Shown one piece after another: positions 27,488 through 36,113 of a stretch of 64,000 bases of DNA. How positions within the stretch are numbered: position 1 is the stretch's first letter; every line of letters begins with the position of its first letter. The notes below the pieces were generated by a model. That model was not told where the DNA came from. It saw only the letters and a list, made by a program, of their open reading frames with translations, and did not search any database. The stretch comes from an uncultured bacterium (GTDB taxonomy: Bacteria; Krumholzibacteriota; Krumholzibacteriia; LZORAL124-64-63): the NCBI GenBank assembly GCA_963727525.1, contig CAVSGO010000007.1, positions 1,280,001-1,344,000 on the forward strand, given 5' to 3'. Position numbers and translations under genes: made by a program.

Positions 27488-27919
27488 TCAGCGGCCGCGC
27501 ACCTTGCCCCCGGTGCGTTTCCTCCCCCGCAGCACCACCGTGTAGGAGCTGACGGCGAAGCCGGCGAGGCCATCCACGTTGCGCACCTCGAGCGCGTCCC
27601 AGGGGATGTCGTGGATGACGCCTGTCTGCTCGTCGACGAAATGGTGATGGGCGTCGACGTTGGCGTCGAAGACGGTGGGGCCGTCGTCGAACTGCAGCGG
27701 GCTCAGGAGGCCCTTGCTCACGAAGAGGTTGAGGGTGTTGTAGATGGTGGCGCGCGAGATCACCGGAAGTTGCGCCTGCACCTCCTGCCACACCTGGTCG
27801 GCCGTGAGGTGGCGATCGCGACGTAGCACCACCAGCGCCACCGCCACCCGCTGCGTCGAGGGCTGGATCCCGTGTTGCCGCAAGATGGCTGTGATGTCCT
27901 GAGGATCACGCATCGTCAC
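27488..27919 (-). CDS. Fur family regulator (PerR/Irr-like)
   Basis: STQR, HLTAD, ISRATIYNTL, FDAN..HHHF. Confidence 0.9.
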   Translation of the reverse strand: MTMRDPQDITAILRQHGIQPSTQRVAVALVVLRRDRHLTADQVWQEVQAQLPVISRATIYNTLNLFVSKGLLSPLQFDDGPTVFDANVDAHHHFVDEQTGVIHDIPWDALEVRNVDGLAGFAVSSYTVVLRGRKRTGGKVRGR

Positions 27920-28006
27920 ACCATAGTCTCACTTCCGGATCCAATCAAATCGCAGCGCCGCCCGACCGGGACGGCGCCGCCAGTACGATCTTCGGGATCC
28001 GCGCGG

Positions 28007-28489
28007 CTACAGCGCCGGCCGCTCGTCGATGGGCGTATCGACATCCACGCGCAGGGCGCTGAGCATGTCGTGGTGCTGCTGCTCCTGCTGCGCAAGATCC
28101 TCGCAGACCGCTTGCAGACCCACATCGGTGAGCGAGTCACGCAGCTCGATGTAGCTATCGCGCGCGCGCGTTTCCATCCCGATGGCGAACTCGATCACGG
28201 CGCGCATCTCTCCGCGCACGATGAGATCGGTGGCCTCGACGCCCAGCGTACGCTCGGTGTCCTCCGCGAGCGTGGCGAGATACTGCGCCCCGTCCACGCC
28301 CTCGTGCTGCAGCAATACGCCGAATCGGTCCACGAGCAGTTCCGCGTGTCCGTTCTCCATCTCCGTGAGTTCAATGAAGACCATCTGCGATTCGCCGTCG
28401 CTCGTGATGTCCGCGGCCTTGGCGTAGAACACCTTGGCGCGCACCTCGTTCGCTATGGCGAGTTTGACGATATCGACAACCTTTTTCAT
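28007..28489 (-). CDS. rubrerythrin/ferritin-like di-iron protein
   Basis: AI..E...FY...E..H pattern present twice. Confidence 0.85.
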   Translation of the reverse strand: MKKVVDIVKLAIANEVRAKVFYAKAADITSDGESQMVFIELTEMENGHAELLVDRFGVLLQHEGVDGAQYLATLAEDTERTLGVEATDLIVRGEMRAVIEFAIGMETRARDSYIELRDSLTDVGLQAVCEDLAQQEQQHHDMLSALRVDVDTPIDERPAL

Positions 28490-28710
28490 GGTCCGCCCCT
28501 TCGTGCTGACGCCGAGTCGTTGCCTGGCCACGCGAGCGCGTCGAAGGCAACGCCGGTGACCGTAGCGGCCATGATAATACCTGGCGAACCGACCGGAAAG
28601 CCAAGTCGGACCGAATCAGCTGTGGACCGGATCGAGCCGGTTCGGTCCGCGAGCTTGGTTCCGGCGCCCATTGCGACTAAGTTGGCGGCACCACGCAGAC
28701 GGAGGACCTC

Positions 28711-28734
28711 ATGCCCAGGCGTCCCTTCCCGTGA
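28711..28734 (+). other. candidate 7-codon leader ORF (MPRRPFP) coupled to rarD
   Basis: GGAGG at 28701-28705, ATG at 28711, TGA overlapping the rarD GTG. Confidence 0.4.
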
Positions 28735-29648
28735 CCACCGAGCGCGCCTCCACTGGTGTGGTCTACGGCCTGGCCGCGTACCTCTGGTGGGGCCTGTGTC
28801 CCGTGTACTTCAAGGCCGTGGCCCACGTGCCCGCCGGCGAGATCCTCGCCCACCGGGTGATCTGGTCGTGCTTGCTGTTGCTCCTCATCCTTGCGCGGCG
28901 AGGCCAGCTCGCCCAGGTAGCCGCGGCGGTGCGCGACCGCCGGCTGGTCGCCACGCTGGTGTGCTCCACGCTGCTCGTCGCCACCAACTGGTTCACCTTC
29001 ATCTGGGCCGTCGCCCATGCCCGCCTGTTGCAGGCGAGCCTGGGGTACTTCATCACCCCGTTCGTGAACGTGGTCCTGGGCATGATCGTCCTGCGGGAGC
29101 GGTTGCGGCCGTTGCAGGCGGCGAGCCTGGCGCTGGCCCTCGTGGGCGTGGTGGTCATGGGGATGAAGGTGGGCGGCCTGCCGGCGGTCTCGCTGATCCT
29201 GGCCTTCTCGTTCGGCTTCTACGGGCTGCTGCGCAAACGTGCCGCGGTGTCCGGCACGGTGGGACTCACCGTGGAGACGGCGATGCTGGCGCCGGCGGCG
29301 CTGGGGTACCTGGTCTGGCTGGGCCGCGGCGATCGCCTCGTCTTCGCGCACGCCTCGCTCGCCACCGACAGCTTGCTCGTGGCGGCCGGCGTCGTGACGG
29401 CGTTGCCCCTGGTATGGTTCGCCAATGCCGCCCGTCGGCTGCCGCTCGGCACGCTCGCGTTCCTGCAGTACCTGGCACCGAGCGGGCAGTTCCTGCTCGC
29501 GGTGCTGGCCTACGGCGAGGCGTTCAGCCTCCATGAAGGCGTGAGCTTCGGGTTCATCTGGGCCGCGCTCGTGCTCTTCACGGTCGATGCGGCCCGGCGC
29601 GCGCCGTGGATCAGCGGCCGAGTTCCGAGAGCTTCGCGGCCAGGATGA
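28731..29648 (+). CDS. rarD: EamA family transporter RarD
   Basis: WWG..P.YFK, EILAHRVIWS, NWFTFIWAV, ASLGYFI.P, SFGFYGLLRK, QYLAP. Confidence 0.93.
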   Translation: MTTERASTGVVYGLAAYLWWGLCPVYFKAVAHVPAGEILAHRVIWSCLLLLLILARRGQLAQVAAAVRDRRLVATLVCSTLLVATNWFTFIWAVAHARLLQASLGYFITPFVNVVLGMIVLRERLRPLQAASLALALVGVVVMGMKVGGLPAVSLILAFSFGFYGLLRKRAAVSGTVGLTVETAMLAPAALGYLVWLGRGDRLVFAHASLATDSLLVAAGVVTALPLVWFANAARRLPLGTLAFLQYLAPSGQFLLAVLAYGEAFSLHEGVSFGFIWAALVLFTVDAARRAPWISGRVPRASRPG

Positions 29649-29940
29649 AATCGCTCTCGGTGAGCCCGTTCACCTTGTGCGTGAAGATCTCCACCTCGAC
29701 GTCGCCCCATGTGAAGCTGATGTTCGGATGGTGGTTCTCGGCCTCGGCGATCTCACCGATGCGGTTGACCAGTGCAAGCGCGAGCTTGAAATCGGGCATC
29801 TTCCAGCGGCGGTGCAGGTGATGGCCATCGACGATGTCCCACTCGGGCACCTGGGAGGCGAGTTCGGCGATCTGGGCCGGCGCCAGCGCAGGCACGCCGC
29901 CACTGCACGGGATGCAGCGCTTCTGGGCGAGGTCGCTCAT
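29611..29940 (-). CDS. phhB: pterin-4a-carbinolamine dehydratase
   Basis: C.PC.GG, AEAENHHP, FTHKVNGLTESDFILAAK. Confidence 0.92.
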   Translation of the reverse strand: MSDLAQKRCIPCSGGVPALAPAQIAELASQVPEWDIVDGHHLHRRWKMPDFKLALALVNRIGEIAEAENHHPNISFTWGDVEVEIFTHKVNGLTESDFILAAKLSELGR

Positions 29941-30395
29941 CGAGGTTCTCCCTGGTTGGCGGTCGGCAGATCGCTGAAATACTCGTGCATCATCGCCTTC
30001 AGATCGGCGGCCACGGCCTCGGCCGTACGGCCCTCGATCTGCAGCCGCGGCAGGTACGCCACGGCGCGGCCTTCCTTGAGCAGGTAGACGCTGGGGCTGC
30101 TCGCCGGAAACTCCGGGAAATGACTGCGAAAACGCGCGGTGGCCTCAAGATCCTGGCCGGCAAAGACAGTCGCCAGCTTCGCGGGACGCGGCGCTCCGTT
30201 GCCCAGCGTCATCGCCAGGGCCGGGCGGGCGTTGCCCGCGGCGCAGCCGCACACGCTGTTGACGAAGACGAGGGCGGCGGAGCCGGTGGTACCGGCGAGG
30301 AATTGGTCGACGTCGGCCGGGGTGCGCAGCTCGCACAGGCCGAGACGGGTCACTTCCGTGCGCATGGGTTGTGTCAGCAGGCTATCAAACGGCAT
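29937..30395 (-). CDS. BrxA/BrxB bacilliredoxin
   Basis: PMR.E, VNSVCGCAAG.ARP, TVFAGQD, SSPS, IEGR. Confidence 0.92.
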   Translation of the reverse strand: MPFDSLLTQPMRTEVTRLGLCELRTPADVDQFLAGTTGSAALVFVNSVCGCAAGNARPALAMTLGNGAPRPAKLATVFAGQDLEATARFRSHFPEFPASSPSVYLLKEGRAVAYLPRLQIEGRTAEAVAADLKAMMHEYFSDLPTANQGEPR

Positions 30396-30432
30396 GGGCT
30401 ACCCCCGACTCTGGTCCTATCAGCGACGGCGA

Positions 30433-30448
30433 TAAACGTCGACGTTTA
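30433..30448. promoter_or_regulatory. perfect 16-bp palindrome, putative operator of the brx-phhB unit
   Basis: TAAACGTCGACGTTTA in an AT-rich intergenic region. Confidence 0.5.
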
Positions 30449-30503
30449 CGATCAACTATCGTCCAATCTACTCAGGAATAACAAGGCTGCAACCGCCAGC
30501 GCG

Positions 30504-31103
30504 TCATTCGCGATCGGGGTCCGGCACCATGATGGTCTCGAGCGGCGTCTCGTCGTACATGGCCGCCTCTCGCGACTTCAGATCCTGGTACGCGTGCCAC
30601 AGAGCCTGCGCGTGGAAGAGTCGCCGGAGAGCGGAGAGATCGACGGCGCGCTCGGCCATCATCTCCCACAGGGCGTACTGCGCGGCGCTGTCGGGCCGGG
30701 CGATCACGGCCGAAACGGAGGTGGGCAGCGCCAGTTCGGGCAGCGTCAGGAACAGGAGGCTGTCGACGACAGACGTCGCTGGCCTGGATGCGTCACGGTC
30801 GGTGGCGATGCGCACATCCCAGGCGCGATCCCACCACGCGGCATCGTCCAGCCTGGGATGTGGCTTGACGGGTTCGGGCCCCACCTGGGGCCGGATGACC
30901 GGTGGCGGCGGCGCGGTCGGCCACGCGATCACCTCGAAGGCGATGTCGGGAGAGGAGGACACGTCGGCCGAAATCGGGCCACGCCCGGCGAGCCAGTGCG
31001 CCCACCACGACTCGGGGATGCGTCCCACGGCGAGGATCACGAGCGCGGCCGCGATCCAGCAGCCGAGCCACGGTGGGCGTGGTCGGGGACGGTGGCGTGG
31101 CAT
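30504..31103 (-). CDS. hypothetical membrane-anchored protein
   Basis: Open frame with N-terminal hydrophobic segment and Pro-rich linker, directly after the biotin ligase. Confidence 0.55.
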   Translation of the reverse strand: MPRHRPRPRPPWLGCWIAAALVILAVGRIPESWWAHWLAGRGPISADVSSSPDIAFEVIAWPTAPPPPVIRPQVGPEPVKPHPRLDDAAWWDRAWDVRIATDRDASRPATSVVDSLLFLTLPELALPTSVSAVIARPDSAAQYALWEMMAERAVDLSALRRLFHAQALWHAYQDLKSREAAMYDETPLETIMVPDPDRE

Positions 31104-31110
31104 GGCGCAC

Positions 31111-32109
31111 CTACGCCGGGCGGCCGTGCGAGTTCCCGCGGTCATCATAGGCCATACGGCCACCCACGATCGGGTCCTCGTGCCCCGCGATGCGCAGCGA
31201 AAGATCGTCGGCGATGGCCACGACCTTGCCGGCCGCGAGCGGCGGCGGCAACTGGTCGGCTCGCGCCGCGTCGGGCAGACCCTCGGCCCAGATCCGCACC
31301 GTCCGCCCGACGTCCCGGCAACTGTTCCGGTACGCGTCCACGAGCGCCGCGCTGCCGTCTCGCTGGAGCTGGGCGACGTGACCGGCGATCGCCGCCAGCA
31401 ACGCCGCGACGAGGCGGCCGGGCTGGGCCGCCGCCGTCGCTCCGGCCGGGTGGTCGGCCAGGCACGTGACCCGCGGCACGCAGAGCGTGGGCGGGACGGG
31501 CGGCGCCACCCGGATGTTCACGCCGATGCCCAGGACGATCGCGGTCAGCCGGTCGCCCCGGCTCTGGGTGGCGGCGATCACACCGGCGAGCTTGGCGTCG
31601 CCGACCAGCACGTCGTTCACCCACTTGAGGCGGGTGTCGAGCCCCTCGCCACACACGGCGCGCAACGCCGAGATGGTCGCCACGGCGGCCAGGGCGGACA
31701 CGCCGCCGGCGGCGCGCGCCGCCGGCAGATCGACCGGTAGGGCGGCGCTGAGATGCAGGTTGCCCGCGACCGCACGCCACGGCCGCCCCCGGTTGCCGTG
31801 AAAACCGCGGCCGGTCAGGGCGAGCGTCGCGACAGGACCGGCCAGATGCGCTTCGGCACGCGCCGACTCCACCAGCACGTCGTACTGCGAGCGCGGGGCG
31901 TCGGACACGAGCACCACGTGACGCCAGGCGTCCAGCCCCGGGGCCGGCACCACGTGCCATGCCTGCGGTGTCTGCGCGCCTAGCCGCGCCCACCACGCCT
32001 GGGAAATCCGATCGTCGACCAGCGAAAAAGACTGCTTGACGCTTTCGGGCGCCAGCAGGGACGCTAGCCACTCCCACGACCGGTCAGTTGTATCGGTCAG
32101 TATCCGCAT
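31111..32109 (-). CDS. biotin--protein ligase (BPL/BirA catalytic domain, no HTH)
   Basis: GRGFHGNRGRPW, GNLHLS, KWVNDV, KLAGV, GIGVNI. Confidence 0.8.
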   Translation of the reverse strand: MRILTDTTDRSWEWLASLLAPESVKQSFSLVDDRISQAWWARLGAQTPQAWHVVPAPGLDAWRHVVLVSDAPRSQYDVLVESARAEAHLAGPVATLALTGRGFHGNRGRPWRAVAGNLHLSAALPVDLPAARAAGGVSALAAVATISALRAVCGEGLDTRLKWVNDVLVGDAKLAGVIAATQSRGDRLTAIVLGIGVNIRVAPPVPPTLCVPRVTCLADHPAGATAAAQPGRLVAALLAAIAGHVAQLQRDGSAALVDAYRNSCRDVGRTVRIWAEGLPDAARADQLPPPLAAGKVVAIADDLSLRIAGHEDPIVGGRMAYDDRGNSHGRPA

Positions 32110-32182
32110 GGGACTCGGCTCCCGTGTTCTGGACCCGCGGTGACGTGTGCATGATGGCACGCCCTGTGATTGACGCCAAGGA

Positions 32183-32229
32183 GGAGTGATGACGCGTGGA
32201 GTGATGACGCGTGGAGTGATGACGCGTGG
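32183..32229 (+). repeat. 15-bp tandem repeat x3 (GGAGTGATGACGCGT)
   Basis: Three exact copies spanning the start codon of the FadL-like gene. Confidence 0.9.
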
Positions 32230-33565
32230 GTTCACGAAGCTCGCGCTAACCGCGCTCGCCCTGTCCCTCACCACCAGCGCCTGGGCCGGTGGCTTCAGCA
32301 TCTACGAGGCAGGCGCGCGCGCCACGGGACTCGGCTGCGCCTTCACCGCAACGGCGGACGACGGGTCGGCCATGTTCTACAACATCGCCGGCATCAGCTT
32401 CCTCCAGGGCAACCTGGTCGATCTCAGTCTCATGCCCATCGCGCCGCGGATCAAGTTCACCGGCGTGACTCCATCTTTCCCGAACGCCTCCGGCGAGACC
32501 AAGCACGATCTCTACCTCTCACCTGGCTTCGGCGCTTCGCATCCGCTGAACGAGCACTGGACCGTGGGCCTGGGCTTCTACGCGCCGTTCGGCCTGGGCG
32601 TGAAGTGGCAGGATCCCGAACGGTGGGTCGGCCGCTTCACGAGCTATGACGTGGAGTTGCAGACGTACCTCATCGTACCTGCCGTATCCTACCGGTTCAG
32701 CGACAAGCTCGCCATCGGTGTGGGCGCGGACGTGTCGTGGCAGCACATCACGCTGAACCGCTACCAGGGCACCGAGTTCGGCGGCAACAACGAGTTGGTG
32801 AACGTCATCGACGTGGCTCTCGAAGGTACGAGCGATCTGAACGTGGTGCCCTCGGTGGGCGTGATGGCCCGCCCGACGCCGAAGCTCTCGCTCGGCGCGA
32901 TGTACCACCACGAGAAGACCCTGAAATACTCCGGTGGCACCGGCACCCTGACCAACGTGGCGCCGGACGCGCTGCGCGACGCCGTGGACGCTCAGATCGC
33001 GGCGCTCGGCGGCACGGACTACGCGTTGACCACCGAGATCGGCCTGCCCCACATGCTCAGCCTGGGCGCCGCCTACCAGGTGCACCCGCGCGCGCGCATC
33101 GAGGTGGACGCCGTGCACTTCTCGTGGTCGAACTTCGCCGAGCTGCCGATCACCTTCTTCCCCGACGTGACGGGCCAGCTCAGCACCGTGGTACCGGAGA
33201 AGTACAAGGACGTGTGGCAGATCCGCGCGGGCGCCCAGCTCGACCTGGCACCCGGCTGGCAAGGCCTGCTCGGCTACGTGCGCGATAACACGCCGCAGCC
33301 GAAGGCCAGCATGAGCCCGCTGCTGCCGGACGCCGATCGCAACGACTGGTCGCTCGGCGTGCAGCATCGCCGTGGCGCCTGGACCTACACCGCCAGCGCG
33401 ATGTTCGTGGTCAACCAGGAGCGCGACAACCTGGTGAACGGCCAGGTCGCCCTCTTCCCCGAGGAAGCCGCCGATCCTGACGAGATTGCCCGCAAGCAAC
33501 TCGAGGCCGGATCGTACACCGCGCTCACCACAGTCCTCGCCTTTGGCGTGGGCTACCAGTTCTAG
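32189..33565 (+). CDS. OmpP1/FadL/TodX family outer-membrane transporter
   Basis: GGFSIYE.GARA.G.G.A..A.ADD.SA.FYN.AG, APFGLG, LPDADR, terminal YQF. Confidence 0.9.
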   Translation: MTRGVMTRGVMTRGFTKLALTALALSLTTSAWAGGFSIYEAGARATGLGCAFTATADDGSAMFYNIAGISFLQGNLVDLSLMPIAPRIKFTGVTPSFPNASGETKHDLYLSPGFGASHPLNEHWTVGLGFYAPFGLGVKWQDPERWVGRFTSYDVELQTYLIVPAVSYRFSDKLAIGVGADVSWQHITLNRYQGTEFGGNNELVNVIDVALEGTSDLNVVPSVGVMARPTPKLSLGAMYHHEKTLKYSGGTGTLTNVAPDALRDAVDAQIAALGGTDYALTTEIGLPHMLSLGAAYQVHPRARIEVDAVHFSWSNFAELPITFFPDVTGQLSTVVPEKYKDVWQIRAGAQLDLAPGWQGLLGYVRDNTPQPKASMSPLLPDADRNDWSLGVQHRRGAWTYTASAMFVVNQERDNLVNGQVALFPEEAADPDEIARKQLEAGSYTALTTVLAFGVGYQF

Positions 33566-33577
33566 GGAGGTGCCGTG

Positions 33578-34993
33578 ATGACTCTCGTGCGAACCACCAT
33601 CGTCGGCGCCGCCATCGCGGGGCTACTCGCCGCCGGCTGCAGCCCCAGCGATCCACAGCAGCTCACCCTACAGGTCGACCAGCCCACAGGATCCGGCGTG
33701 CTGGCCAACTACGTCGCGATTGGCGATGGCCTGATGGCGGGCTTCATGGACGGCGGCCTCATCGCCACCGCGACCGCCCCGAGCAACGGCCAGTTCGCCA
33801 GCGTACCGTTCCAGATCGCCGGCAAGCTCGGCTACACCGGCACGGGCGGCAGCCATCCGTTCTATCAGCCCCTCGTGGGCACGCCAGGGCTCGGCAGCGC
33901 CGACACGGGCGATCCTGCGGTCGTGGCGGGAGTGCTCTATTTCGACACCGTCTCCCAGGAGATCACCCTGCGCGGCACCACGCCGCGCGACCAGGTGCCG
34001 TCGCTGCTCCTGGCGTCGGCCGTGCCGGTGCCCTACAACAACCTGGGCGTGCCGGGAGCCGTGCTGCTCGACGTCAGCCAGGCGCTTGACAGCATGACCA
34101 GCGCGGTGCCCGACAACAGCTTCTTCGACGTGGTCTTGCGAAATCCGACCTTCGGCGACGTGACCATGCGCGGTCAGGCCGCGGCCCGGGGCCCGACGCT
34201 CGTCACGGTGTGGATCGGCGAGGGCGATGCGATCAATGGGGCCCGGACCGGCTCCCCGGTACTGGGCACCAACGTGACGCCGGGGCCAGCCTTCAGCGCA
34301 CTGCTCACGCAGCTCGTGAACGACTTGCAGGCACTGGTGAACACGAGGTACGGCTACGACCCGACGATCATCGTCGCCACGGTGCCACCGCTGGAGCTGC
34401 TGCCCTACTTCGTACCGAAGGCCGTTTTCGACACGGTCGTGGGCGCCACGATCCCGACCGCGGAGACCGGCGTGACCTACGTGCTCTTCCCGACGCTGGC
34501 TGACGTCCAGGATCCGGGATTTACACCTCCGATCCCGGCCACCAGCACGCTGACGGCGAGCGAGGCCGCCGTGGTCAGCGGCGCACTCGCCGACTACAAC
34601 ACGGCGATCATGGGTCTCGACGCCCTACCGGGCGTGACCGTGGTGGACGTGGCGGCCCTCCTGGGGGCGCAGGCCCAGGCGAATCCGGCCACGGTCACCC
34701 ATTTTCTGTTCCTGCTCGGCCAGGGCGCGACCGTATCGCAGGCGGCGGCCGCCACGCTGTTCTCGCTCGACGGTCTGCACCTCAACAGCCATGGCTACAG
34801 TCTGGTCGCGAACGCCTTCATCGATGCGATCAACGCCGAGCTGGCGTTGACCGGCGCCGATGTCATTGCGCACGTGGATCCCGCGCTGTCCTGGGACCCC
34901 ACGTATGCCGTGGGCGGATCGCCGGCCGCTGCCGGCGCCGCGCCCCGGCTCTCGGCGGCGGCCGCGGCCGCATTGCGCGGTATGCAGCGCTGA
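33578..34993 (+). CDS. SGNH/GDSL-fold lipoprotein, catalytic Ser and Asn substituted
   Basis: Lipobox LAAGC; YVAIGDGLMAG (block I), NNLGVPGA (II), WIGEGD (III), FSLDGLHLN (V). Confidence 0.8.
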   Translation: MTLVRTTIVGAAIAGLLAAGCSPSDPQQLTLQVDQPTGSGVLANYVAIGDGLMAGFMDGGLIATATAPSNGQFASVPFQIAGKLGYTGTGGSHPFYQPLVGTPGLGSADTGDPAVVAGVLYFDTVSQEITLRGTTPRDQVPSLLLASAVPVPYNNLGVPGAVLLDVSQALDSMTSAVPDNSFFDVVLRNPTFGDVTMRGQAAARGPTLVTVWIGEGDAINGARTGSPVLGTNVTPGPAFSALLTQLVNDLQALVNTRYGYDPTIIVATVPPLELLPYFVPKAVFDTVVGATIPTAETGVTYVLFPTLADVQDPGFTPPIPATSTLTASEAAVVSGALADYNTAIMGLDALPGVTVVDVAALLGAQAQANPATVTHFLFLLGQGATVSQAAAATLFSLDGLHLNSHGYSLVANAFIDAINAELALTGADVIAHVDPALSWDPTYAVGGSPAAAGAAPRLSAAAAAALRGMQR

Positions 34994-35016
34994 TCTGGCA
35001 CAGAAATGCGCACACG

Positions 35017-35049
35017 GGCGGGGGAGCCGCAGCTCCCCCGCCTTGCTTT
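35017..35049 (+). terminator. intrinsic terminator after FadL-SGNH operon
   Basis: GGCGGGGGAGC-CGCA-GCTCCCCCGCC followed by TTGCTTT. Confidence 0.7.
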
Positions 35050-35140
35050 GGAACCCAAAGGGTGTTTTCATCTGCGGGTGCCTACGCGACCGTCTGCGGG
35101 CCGCAGATCACCGGAATTGATGTTTCGAGGGGAGTGCTCG

Positions 35141-36112
35141 GTGTCGCCATATCGCCGTCGTAGTCGTCTGGAGGATTGGGGGGCCCAGTTCGGCATGGGT
35201 CCAGCCGTGACGCTGCTGGTCACGCTCAACGTGGTCATCTTCATCTTTCAGATGCTCACCAATACCGCGCGGGGATTCGGCGGCATGGGCGGCCCGACGA
35301 TGGAGTGGTTCTCCTTCGTGCCGTACTTCGCCATCGAGAGGGTGCAACTCTGGCGGTTCGTCACCTACATGTTCCTGCACGGCGGCTTCTGGCACGTCGC
35401 CCTGAACATGTTCGTGCTCTGGATGTTCGGACCGCGTATCGAGGAGATCTGGGGCAAGCGCATCTTCTTGATCTACTACTTCGTGTGTGGCATCGGCGCC
35501 GCGCTCACGTACGGCATGTTCTCACTCGTGGGCATGAAGGCGCTCACCCCCATGGTCGGCGCGTCGGGGGCCATCTACGGCCTGCTGCTCGCCTACGGCG
35601 TGACCTACCCCGATTCGCTCATCTACATCTTCTTCGTCATCCCGCTGCGCGCGAAGTACGCGGTGATCGTGTTCGGACTGATCGAGTTGATGTCGGTGCC
35701 CGGCGGTGGTCATACGGCGCACCTGGCCCACCTGGGCGGAATGCTCTTCGGCTGGCTCTTCCTGCTGTGGTCCACCGGCGGGCGCCTCGGACGCATCCCG
35801 CGCGTGCCGCGCCCGGGCGGCAGCGTTGGTGGCGCCAGCAGCAAGCGCGGGGGCGATCCCTGGAACAACCGCGGTGGTAGCGGCAGCGGTGGTCTGACCG
35901 GGGCCTTCCGCCGCTGGCGGACCCGAGCGCGCATCAAGGTCGTGGACAGCCGCCGCACCCGCGGGGGCGACGCCGGCTCCGGAAACGGCGGCCTGAACCG
36001 CGATGACCAGGCCCGCATCGACCAGATCCTCGAGAAGATCTCGCGCGAGGGGCTCGCCAGCCTCACACCGGAGGAGCAGGATATCCTGCGCCGCGCCAGC
36101 AAGAAGGACTGA
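35141..36112 (+). CDS. rhomboid intramembrane serine protease with C-terminal helical domain
   Basis: WR..TYMFLH...H...NM, GASGA, AHLAHLGG; C-terminal IDQILEKISREG..SLT.EE. Confidence 0.92.
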   Translation: MSPYRRRSRLEDWGAQFGMGPAVTLLVTLNVVIFIFQMLTNTARGFGGMGGPTMEWFSFVPYFAIERVQLWRFVTYMFLHGGFWHVALNMFVLWMFGPRIEEIWGKRIFLIYYFVCGIGAALTYGMFSLVGMKALTPMVGASGAIYGLLLAYGVTYPDSLIYIFFVIPLRAKYAVIVFGLIELMSVPGGGHTAHLAHLGGMLFGWLFLLWSTGGRLGRIPRVPRPGGSVGGASSKRGGDPWNNRGGSGSGGLTGAFRRWRTRARIKVVDSRRTRGGDAGSGNGGLNRDDQARIDQILEKISREGLASLTPEEQDILRRASKKD

Positions 36113-36113
36113 T

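Noticed and set aside
27411-31103. Genomic island integrated at tRNA-Glu
   Set aside because: No integrase, no duplicated tRNA 3' end seen and no clear compositional shift
32155-32169. sigma54-like TGGCACG upstream of the FadL-like gene
   Set aside because: The -12 element reads GTGA rather than TTGC; too weak to call
34996-35011. sigma54-like TGGCAC...TGC site
   Set aside because: GG-to-GC spacing is 9 rather than 10 nt, and it lies upstream of a terminator
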